Source of the DNA: a virus
Taxonomy: Duplodnaviria; Heunggongvirae; Uroviricota; Caudoviricetes
Length of the DNA stretch: 9,788 bases
IMG/VR virus record: IMGVR_UViG_2703718846_000007
Location: 1-9,788 of that record
Strand: one strand, 5' to 3'
The notes beneath the pieces were generated by a model, which worked only from the letters and a program-made list of their open reading frames with translations, was not told the DNA's origin and made no database searches. This document shows positions 1 through 6,016 of the stretch, one piece after another. Within the stretch, counting starts at the first letter, position 1; the number at the start of each line of letters is the position of its first letter. The position numbers were made by a program, and so were the translations under genes.

Positions 1-1110
1 TTATCCCCTGAACCCTGGTGGAATTTCGGTGTCCGGTTCAGAAATGTGATTCACACAACGCTGGTTGTTCGTGCCGCTTACCGGGAGCAACCAGGGGTTT
101 TCAAAATTCCGGTCCGGTCCAAAAAACGTCGTCGCTCGCTGAACAAATTCCGTTCCCGCTTTCCCGGTCGCCGCCAGGTATCTCGCATAACGCCTCACAC
201 CATCCAGCATGGTCTCTGGTGGCACCCCCTCGCGCAATCTGGCCTTCCAGGCACTGAATGCGGATTTCTTCGGGTTTGCCCCGGCACGCAACGGGTATTC
301 CCGCCAGACCTGTTCGAACACATCCGGATAATCCACTCGTCCCACAGGCCGCCCGGTGTTTTCCGGGACTACCCGATCGGCTTCCCGCTGAATGGCGGAA
401 TCGACTTCAGGCTGCTGCAGTTGGTGTGATTGCTCCGCCCCTGCGGTCATCGCCTGCTGCACAGCGCCCGAATCGGCTTTCAGCGCATACGCCGAATCGG
501 CTTCCGGTGTCGTGCCTGCTGGCTGACCAGAATTTACGGTCTGAACATCCCCTGCCTGGTTCGTGGTGTTTTTTTCGCCATGAACCATAGTGTTTTTGTC
601 CTGTTCCTGTTCTTTCTCCTGCTCCTGTTCTTGGCTTCGAAGCCCCTTAAAAGCCCCTTCAAAGCCCCTTACCGAATTTCGGCTATTATTCCGCCTCACA
701 TCAAGATGGAAATCCGTTTTATATCTGTCGTAAAACGCTGACAGAAAAGCGTTTTCAGGTAATGATGCATACTCATTCCTGACACCTGCACAACGGTTAT
801 CGCCTGGCTTCAACGTTTCCCCAACCTGCCAGGCTGCCATTTCATGGACCCAGACCATCTCGGCATCATGGTCATAGCTACAAAAACCAGCTTCAACAGC
901 CCTTTTAAGCCCCTTTGAAGCCCCTTCCAGACCAAGCCCGGTTTCATGAGCAAGGTATAAAACTGGCAGGTAATACAAACCCAGCATATTTGCGTGAGGG
1001 GATGTCATCAGGTAAAAAGCAACAACTTGCGCTTCTGCACCCGCCTTTCTAAGTTCTCTCCCCGTTTCTCCCAGCCAGAATCGCGGAGAAACTTTTGCGT
1101 AATCACGCAT
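1..1110 (-). CDS. Phage replication initiation / replisome organiser protein (O-like), with a low-complexity QEQEQEKEQEQ linker between N- and C-terminal domains
   Basis: ORF-track frame 1..1221 with TAA stop at 1-3. I place the start at ATG 1108-1110 because GAGG lies 5 nt upstream, whereas ATG 1219-1221 has no Shine-Dalgarno. The N-terminus MRDYAKVSPRFWLGETG... resembles DUF1376-type initiators and the C-terminus YPDVFEQVWREYP...FVQRATTFF resembles the DnaT-like domain of phage replication proteins, both from memory. Confidence 0.8.
   Translation of the reverse strand: MRDYAKVSPRFWLGETGRELRKAGAEAQVVAFYLMTSPHANMLGLYYLPVLYLAHETGLGLEGASKGLKRAVEAGFCSYDHDAEMVWVHEMAAWQVGETLKPGDNRCAGVRNEYASLPENAFLSAFYDRYKTDFHLDVRRNNSRNSVRGFEGAFKGLRSQEQEQEKEQEQDKNTMVHGEKNTTNQAGDVQTVNSGQPAGTTPEADSAYALKADSGAVQQAMTAGAEQSHQLQQPEVDSAIQREADRVVPENTGRPVGRVDYPDVFEQVWREYPLRAGANPKKSAFSAWKARLREGVPPETMLDGVRRYARYLAATGKAGTEFVQRATTFFGPDRNFENPWLLPVSGTNNQRCVNHISEPDTEIPPGFRG
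640..670. repeat. Iteron-like direct repeats, cluster 1: three tandem AAGCCCCTT copies at 11-bp spacing
   Basis: Copies at 640-648, 651-659 and 662-670 (plus-strand reading), lying inside the initiator CDS. The three copies fall in three different codon phases of that CDS. Confidence 0.5.
897..926. repeat. Iteron-like direct repeats, cluster 2: two AAGCCCCTT copies plus one degenerate copy
   Basis: Exact copies at 907-915 and 918-926 and a degenerate copy (AGCCCTTTT) at 897-905, spaced 10-11 bp, inside the same CDS about 260 bp from cluster 1. Confidence 0.45.
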
Positions 1111-1327
1111 GGCTACCTCATCTGGTGCCGAACCTTCCTCCGGATATAATCTGTGGTTCCCAATCAACAGAACCAGAGGAGGTTCGACATGTATTTTTTG
1201 AAAAGCCTTTATCAGGCTCATGTATTAAATGTTGCAGCAACAAACCGCTGGTGTAACAGCCCCGAAATGCTCCCGGATTACAGAGCCTGGCTGCGCGCCG
1301 AAACATACCTTCGTCTCGACATATTGA

Positions 1328-1837
1328 TTAGCGAACTTCAAAAAGAGACTGCATCCATTCATAACCTTCAGGGTATCGACGCTGTTCGCATTCTGGTATC
1401 GCGCCATAGTGCTCTCTCAATAATTGAAGTGCGTCATCTCTCTTTTTCTGAACTGATTTTCTTGCTTCAACCAGCTCTGGAATCAGCGAATATCCCACCG
1501 AAAGTGATCCAATACCCACCTCATGTTGACGAGCAGTTACAAGATGTGCCATACAACCAGCGTGCTGGATTGACTCCCTGCTCAGAGGCTGAATGGGATC
1601 ACTCTCTGCTGAAGAAATACCAAGATTTGTATAATCCTCAATAAGCCCGGCACACGCTTCTGCATCAGCCAGCTTTATTCTGGTTTCCTTGCGCTGTTCT
1701 CTGGCTGACAAACGCCAGAGCAGCGCATTAGCTTTATGTATCAACCACTCTGCCAGCTCCACATCAGATAAACCGCCACGCCAGATGTGCGGACTGTTTT
1801 CGTAAACGCTCAGTGTCAATTTTTTGTCATTACTCAT
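1328..1837 (-). CDS. Hypothetical protein (169 aa) between the CII-like and initiator genes
   Basis: ORF-track frame 1328..1888, trimmed to ATG 1835-1837, which lies 13 nt after the upstream gene's stop. It is co-directional with the replication operon, and my hand count gives 58% purine at codon position 1 versus 48% for the overlapping plus-strand ORF. No family recognised. Confidence 0.5.
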   Translation of the reverse strand: MSNDKKLTLSVYENSPHIWRGGLSDVELAEWLIHKANALLWRLSAREQRKETRIKLADAEACAGLIEDYTNLGISSAESDPIQPLSRESIQHAGCMAHLVTARQHEVGIGSLSVGYSLIPELVEARKSVQKKRDDALQLLREHYGAIPECEQRRYPEGYEWMQSLFEVR

Positions 1838-1850
1838 ATTTATTACCCAA

Positions 1851-2276
1851 TTAATGCACAGCCAGAGTGTTTCCTGCCGGGCCACCACGATTCATCTGAT
1901 CGAACAGAACGATCGCTGATGCAACGAAATCATCAATATCTTTCACCAGCCGTTCCTTCGTCTCTACCAACTCCCGAAAATAAGCGGAACTGTGGCTGCG
2001 CATTCGGGCCACCAGCGGAGGCGGCATCGCTTTTTCGATCGCTGGTAACAACGCCTGAATTTTTTTAACCGCATCAGGAGTGTCTTTCTCCACCCAGCGG
2101 AAAATTTTCTGGGTGTTACGGCCCAGGGCTTCCGGATGGCTGTCGTCGTACAATTCCGGGAACGTCATACCGAGTTCGAAATACGCTTTGGTAATTTTCG
2201 CAGCCGGAACTTTTTCACCGTTCAGATGTGCCCAGGCATTCATCGCCATGCGGATGTGTTCATGCTTGATTTTCAT
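1851..2276 (-). CDS. YdaT-family protein (CII-like regulator, historically annotated as toxin YdaT)
   Basis: 141-aa ORF immediately downstream of the Cro-like gene, with an ATGA start/stop overlap at 2273-2276. Size, position and the MKIKHEH... N-terminus fit the YdaS/YdaT arrangement of Rac-like prophages (recollection, not searched). Confidence 0.7.
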   Translation of the reverse strand: MKIKHEHIRMAMNAWAHLNGEKVPAAKITKAYFELGMTFPELYDDSHPEALGRNTQKIFRWVEKDTPDAVKKIQALLPAIEKAMPPPLVARMRSHSSAYFRELVETKERLVKDIDDFVASAIVLFDQMNRGGPAGNTLAVH

Positions 2277-2500
2277 GAATCACTATTCCTCTCGCCATGA
2301 GTGGTATCCTTCTTTTTGTAAAGTTCTGGGTTCAAAGATAACTTCCCCTTGGAGTATGCTGCGGCTTCCGCAGCCCTCCCCTTTGGAACTATTTCACCAG
2401 GTCGCCTACGCCACATGTAAATAGCTTCACGGGTTATCCCATAAAAATCGGCAACCCTCTGAACAGAACCAAAAAACTGGACAAGTTCATCAACTCGCAT
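2273..2500 (-). CDS. Cro-like HTH transcriptional regulator (YdaS family)
   Basis: 75-aa ORF with a strong Shine-Dalgarno (AAGGAGGG) 4 nt upstream of ATG 2498-2500. It is divergent from the repressor gene and carries an HTH-like segment VQRVADFYGITREAIYMW. Confidence 0.8.
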   Translation of the reverse strand: MRVDELVQFFGSVQRVADFYGITREAIYMWRRRPGEIVPKGRAAEAAAYSKGKLSLNPELYKKKDTTHGERNSDS

Positions 2501-2596
2501 TTAGCCCTCCTTCAATCTAATTATTTTTAGACTAAATGATAATTTTTTTTAGGTCAATGCAATCTAAAATAATTTATATTCAATTCACGGGAGAAA
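2501..2596. promoter_or_regulatory. Divergent immunity control region (pR-like and pRM-like promoters with operators)
   Basis: 96-bp AT-rich intergenic region between divergent cro-like and cI-like genes. Minus-strand TTGACC (plus 2552-2557), 17-bp spacer, TAGTCT (plus 2529-2534). Repeated TTTTAG / CTAAAA half-sites, e.g. TTTTAGG-N11-ATCTAAAA at 2545-2568. Confidence 0.6.
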
Positions 2597-3244
2597 ATGA
2601 TGGAAAGCCTTGGCATCAGGCTAAAGAGACTCAGAAAAGATAAGGGACTAACCCAAGTAGAACTGGGTAAGCTTTCAGGTGTAACTGGAGTTACTGTAGG
2701 GTACTGGGAGAAGGATCTAAACGAACCTGGTAGTAAAGCTCTAAGTAAATTAGCCCAGGCATTAGGAACTACTGAGTCCTACCTCCTGTATGGAGTATCG
2801 TCTCCTGAATCATCTTTTATGCAGATCAATCCAGGCTCTCAGATCCCCTATTTTTCTTGGGGTGACGCGATTTCTTTCCTAATTTTAGAAGGAGAGAAAG
2901 CTATGGGAAATGTCGATAGGATCACCACATTCTTTGATGTCGAGGAAGGTGATTTTGCCGTTTCAATGCCTGATGACACTATGCATAACCCAACTGGGTC
3001 GCCGAGCATCCCAGTTGGTGCCACAGTGATCCTAAGGCCTAGAGAAAGTTATAAAAATGGTAGCATCGTCGCTGTAATAGTTCCGGATCCGCTTACAAAT
3101 GAACCATCTATGACTATAAAAAAATTAGTTATTGATGGAAAGCTTGCGTACTTAAGCCCTCTTAATCCACGCTATCAATCATCTTTGCTTACACCAGAGT
3201 GTAAAATTGTTGCCGTAGCAAAAGGCGTACAGTTCAACTTATAG
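2597..3244 (+). CDS. cI: CI-like phage repressor with N-terminal HTH and C-terminal S24 (LexA-like) autopeptidase domain
   Basis: 215-aa ORF with GGGAG upstream. N-terminal HTH LTQVELGKLSGVTGVTVGYWE; C-terminal motifs AVSMPDD (catalytic Ser), TIKKLV (catalytic Lys) and LSPLNPRY align with lambda CI GNSM, TFKKLI and LQPLNPQY. Confidence 0.9.
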   Translation: MMESLGIRLKRLRKDKGLTQVELGKLSGVTGVTVGYWEKDLNEPGSKALSKLAQALGTTESYLLYGVSSPESSFMQINPGSQIPYFSWGDAISFLILEGEKAMGNVDRITTFFDVEEGDFAVSMPDDTMHNPTGSPSIPVGATVILRPRESYKNGSIVAVIVPDPLTNEPSMTIKKLVIDGKLAYLSPLNPRYQSSLLTPECKIVAVAKGVQFNL

Positions 3245-3266
3245 CCCCGTCAAACCCTTTAATCTG

Positions 3267-3292
3267 AGGTCGGCAATGCCGACCTTTTTTTT
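3267..3292 (+). terminator. Rho-independent terminator downstream of the repressor gene
   Basis: Hairpin GGTCGGC-AAT-GCCGACC at 3268-3284 followed by eight T at 3285-3292, 23 nt after the cI stop. Confidence 0.75.
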
Positions 3293-3312
3293 AAATTATT
3301 TTAGATTTTCGC

Positions 3313-3341
3313 TTGACTAAAAAACTAAATACTTTTAGATT
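3313..3341 (+). promoter_or_regulatory. pL-like sigma70 promoter for the early-left operon
   Basis: TTGACT (3313-3318), 17-bp spacer, TAGATT (3336-3341). Flanked by two copies of TTTTAGATTT (3299-3308 and 3333-3342), the same half-site motif seen in the cI/cro intergenic region. Confidence 0.5.
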
Positions 3342-3515
3342 TATCACATACCCAACCCGCCCCACAGAATGCAGGGCAATACTTCGAGTTACCAGGCAGT
3401 GGTCAGGGGTTAAGTAGCCAGCCCGAGGCGTAAGAACATGACGGCAGGGTTCAACTTTAACTATGCAGCAGGTTTTTGTTCCGCCACCCCGGCGTTAAAG
3501 GGAAATGAGGTCAGC

Positions 3516-3668
3516 ATGGATACTATCGATCTTGGCAACAACGAATCTCTGGTATACGGCGTGTTTCCAAACCAGGACGGTACGTTCACCGCGATGACGT
3601 ATACCAAAAGCAAAACGTTTAAAACCGAAGCTGGCGCGCGTCGCTGGTTAGCCAGAAATACTGACTGA
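3516..3668 (+). CDS. Small early protein (50 aa), YdaF-like / DUF1391-like
   Basis: ATG 3516 with GAGG 5 nt upstream; TGA stop at 3666-3668. The ORF-track frame extends upstream to 3438 but that start is less well supported. Family assignment is from memory only. Confidence 0.55.
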   Translation: MDTIDLGNNESLVYGVFPNQDGTFTAMTYTKSKTFKTEAGARRWLARNTD

Positions 3669-3679
3669 TGAGGTTAACG

Positions 3680-4315
3680 ATGGAATTTAAAGATTTACCG
3701 CTATCAATCCAGGAGATTGCAGCACACACACTACGTCAACGTCTGAACGAAGCTATGGCTGAATCTGCAACGAAAGAAACCATTGATAACATGGCTCGTA
3801 ATGTGCACGATGCGTTTACCGGATTGTATTTCTGTGCGTCTGTAAATAAACACGACCCAGAGAGTGTGGCAAAGAAAATTGCAGAAACGACAGTGCAAAA
3901 CATCAATACGAAACCAACCGAAGACGAAATTGACCAGCCTGCCAGTGAACAAAAGAAAGAAAAATCGCCATATGCGGGGAACATGTTTGTTTATGACAAA
4001 CTTATCCGAATTCGTGGCGAAATTCCGACTGAATACCTGGCAAAAATTCACCAGGCATTACTTAAAAATCTGGAAACGGAAGTATTTGATGGCAACACCA
4101 ACGGCTCCTTCGTGGTGTCAGCCCTCACAAAAGAGTGGGATACAGATAATCGCCGGAATGTTGCTACATGGTTATTCAGCAACAAAGCTGCTGCCCTGGA
4201 AGCTGCGGCCTGTATTTGCGACCTGCTAAGGACAGACCGCAAATACAACCTGGATGTGTATAGCTATATTTATGCTGAACACTATCCACTCTGGATTGAC
4301 TGGTTTAAAGGGTAA
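3680..4315 (+). CDS. Hypothetical early protein (211 aa), function unknown
   Basis: ORF-track frame 3668..4315. ATG 3680 has GAGG 6 nt upstream; the alternative ATG 3668 overlaps the preceding stop (TGATG). Soluble, non-repetitive protein; no motif recognised. Confidence 0.7.
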   Translation: MEFKDLPLSIQEIAAHTLRQRLNEAMAESATKETIDNMARNVHDAFTGLYFCASVNKHDPESVAKKIAETTVQNINTKPTEDEIDQPASEQKKEKSPYAGNMFVYDKLIRIRGEIPTEYLAKIHQALLKNLETEVFDGNTNGSFVVSALTKEWDTDNRRNVATWLFSNKAAALEAAACICDLLRTDRKYNLDVYSYIYAEHYPLWIDWFKG

Positions 4316-4412
4316 CACCTGCGGGACCGAGCCGACCAGCACCACGATTATTTTATCCTCCATTAAGGGGTGAATTAAAAATGGAGACCAACACGCTGCT
4401 ACGTGTGGTCGT

Positions 4413-4452
4413 GCGCCGGACACGGATAACCTTCCGGCATGCTCTTTAACAA
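4413..4452 (+). promoter_or_regulatory. Candidate processive-antitermination site: hairpin followed by an rrn-type boxA (TGCTCTTTAACAA)
   Basis: Exact 13-mer TGCTCTTTAACAA at 4440-4452 on the plus strand, preceded by hairpin GCCGGA-N12-TCCGGC at 4415-4438. Orientation matches pL-directed transcription. Confidence 0.4.
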
Positions 4453-4477
4453 TCTGGATATCCACAACAGCAATAAC

Positions 4478-4996
4478 CTACGGATTGCTGCTCAATGCTC
4501 TACCTATCTCTTCTTCAGATGGGGGCGGTATATAGTCATCATTGCGTTCAAATTTAAAGCGCGAATCACATTTCAGGCATTTAGAAATATGGAACTTATC
4601 ATGCTCACCAATTTCAACAGGTTGAAGTATTGCTATTACACCATGCTGATAGCAATTGGGACAGGCATAGTGAAAACATGTGTCTTCTTCGTCGAGGCTG
4701 TTCCTGAAAGCATAGACAAAATGCCCAAAACCAGTTTTGTGTATCGTATAGCATTCAAGTTTTCGATTACGCTCGTCAATTTCATGACATTTTTGCTTAA
4801 GCAAGAGTATTTCCTCGTACTGAAGCGCGAGCGTTTTCGCTAGCTCTGCGTTCTGTATTTGTAAGTCTGCCAGTTGGCGACGCATTTCGTAGACAGCCTT
4901 TTCACGTTCAGATTGGCTTTTTGCATCAAGTATTACCTGTAATAAATCAATCGAGACTTTAATTGCCGTTATTGATGAAGTTATTCCAGATAGCAT
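4478..4996 (-). CDS. Hypothetical coiled-coil plus zinc-ribbon protein (172 aa) on an antisense-oriented AT-rich insert
   Basis: ORF-track frame 4478..5113, trimmed to ATG 4994-4996 because a perfect TATAAT lies about 32 nt upstream. N-terminal heptad-like region RRQLADLQIQNAELAKTLALQYEEILLLKQK; C-terminal CPNC...CLKC cysteine pairs. GC is visibly lower than in the flanks. Confidence 0.65.
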   Translation of the reverse strand: MLSGITSSITAIKVSIDLLQVILDAKSQSEREKAVYEMRRQLADLQIQNAELAKTLALQYEEILLLKQKCHEIDERNRKLECYTIHKTGFGHFVYAFRNSLDEEDTCFHYACPNCYQHGVIAILQPVEIGEHDKFHISKCLKCDSRFKFERNDDYIPPPSEEEIGRALSSNP

Positions 4997-5007
4997 TCTT
5001 AACTCTC

Positions 5008-5060
5008 TGTGTTGTTGGGGTATCCGGATTATACAAATTTCTTGTTGTTGGGGAACAACA
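5008..5060 (-). promoter_or_regulatory. Promoter and candidate operators for the antisense gene
   Basis: Minus-strand TATAAT (plus 5028-5033). Two copies of TGTTGTTGGGG (plus 5010-5020 and 5043-5053); the second forms a perfect palindrome TGTTGTT-GGGG-AACAACA (5043-5060) over the -35 region. Confidence 0.5.
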
Positions 5061-5313
5061 GGAACCACCTCGCCTGATGTGGTTAAAAGCAGGCACACAA
5101 CACGAAAGCGCACGGCGAAGGTTTCTTTTCCTTAGAAGGCTTGTCGTTAGATTTCTTCGACCGTGCGCTTCCGGTTGTGGCAATCCGCGAAATGGCGCGG
5201 CGGTAAGTATGGCGGGGTTATCCTTACCCCCACTGGTAGCACCGGGTTGTCAGGTTGACCATACGCTTAAGTGACAACCCCGCTACAACACTCCATGTTG
5301 AGTATTGACCTTT

Positions 5314-5354
5314 GGCGGCATCAGTTTAATTGCTGGCTGATGTCCGCCCTTTTT
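5314..5354 (+). terminator. Rho-independent terminator (plus strand)
   Basis: Stem GGCGGCATCAG (5314-5324), 12-nt loop, stem CTGATGTCCGCC (5337-5348), then CTTTTT (5349-5354). Confidence 0.6.
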
Positions 5355-5550
5355 AAAGTGAATTTTGTGATGTGGTGAATGCGGCTAAGCGCACGCGGAA
5401 CAGTTAAAAGACCATTTGTTCTCCGTATCAATACTTATGGGTAGGTACTTGCAGGCGGGTCCCTGTATTCCGGCGTTAATTGTTAACTGGTTAACGTCAC
5501 CTGGAGGCACCAGGCACCGCATCACAAAATTCATTGTTGAGGACGCGATA

Positions 5551-5739
5551 ATGGAAACGTTATTACTCAATTCCACTACGCCTGAGACTCGTTTTGAAAT
5601 TGGCGTTATCACTGGCGATAAAAACTTTATTGAAGATGCCATTAATCAGATAAAGCATGAGCCAGATTCATCAAATGAGATATGCATTGCTTCAATGCTG
5701 GCCCGTTTACGCCCGACGCAAAAAGGATGCTGGCAATGA
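5551..5739 (+). CDS. Hypothetical small protein (62 aa)
   Basis: ATG 5551 with GAGGA 7 nt upstream; stop TGA 5737-5739 overlaps the next start. The ORF-track frame begins at 5416 but upstream in-frame starts lack a Shine-Dalgarno and use rare codons. Confidence 0.45.
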   Translation: METLLLNSTTPETRFEIGVITGDKNFIEDAINQIKHEPDSSNEICIASMLARLRPTQKGCWQ

Positions 5740-5939
5740 ATACCACATTTGCACTTGTTCTGACGGTTTTTCTTGTTTCCGGTGAACCAGTTGACATGGT
5801 TATTGGCGTATACAGCTCAATGAAAGAATGCATGGCTGCCGCAGATGAACAGAAAATTCCCGGTAACTGTTATCCGGTCGATAAAGTTATTCACCAGGAT
5901 AATAACGAAATCCCGGCAGGACTTAAAACAGCGCCGTAA
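5736..5939 (+). CDS. Hypothetical small protein (67 aa) with an N-terminal hydrophobic segment
   Basis: ATG 5736 overlaps the upstream stop (ATGA), with AAGGA 8 nt upstream. N-terminus MNTTFALVLTVFLVSG looks like a signal peptide or transmembrane helix. The ORF-track frame starts at 5682. Confidence 0.5.
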   Translation: MNTTFALVLTVFLVSGEPVDMVIGVYSSMKECMAAADEQKIPGNCYPVDKVIHQDNNEIPAGLKTAP

Positions 5940-6016
5940 TTGATATTCGGTTTCATTTTTATATGTCAGCAATGACAGGGATTTGTTCACCCTTAAATCT
6001 GTAATGAGGTTTATCA

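Noticed and set aside
1111-1221. Longer N-terminal extension of the initiator ORF (start at ATG 1219-1221, as in the ORF track)
   Set aside because: No Shine-Dalgarno upstream of 1221, whereas ATG 1108-1110 has GAGG at ideal spacing and the domain appears to begin at MRDY. Kept as an alternative start.
1153-1644. Plus-strand ORF of 163 aa (151 aa from ATG 1189) overlapping the minus gene 1328..1837
   Set aside because: Not annotated as a CDS because operon context and my codon-position-1 purine count favour the minus-strand gene. Its clean upstream signals are reported as a finding instead.
3438-3515. Upstream extension of the small YdaF-like ORF (start at 3438)
   Set aside because: The ATG at 3516 has a better-placed Shine-Dalgarno; the extension adds 26 residues that do not look like part of the small protein.
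4381-4449. Tiny 22-codon ORF ending inside the boxA-like element
   Set aside because: The Shine-Dalgarno is about 11 nt from the ATG and the product is too short to call; the region is better explained as regulatory RNA sequence.
3731-4843. ORF-track frames 3731..4051 (-), 3736..3984 (-), 3864..4229 (+), 4048..4248 (-), 4226..4465 (-) and 4439..4843 (+)
   Set aside because: Each overlaps a better-supported gene on the same or opposite strand, lacks start signals, and has an implausible low-complexity or Cys/Phe-rich composition.
4959-5642. ORF-track frames 4959..5183 (-), 4963..5274 (+) and 5385..5642 (-) in the non-coding stretch
   Set aside because: No ribosome-binding sites, Arg/Leu/Cys-rich junk-like translations, and they run across the promoter, hairpins and terminator described above.
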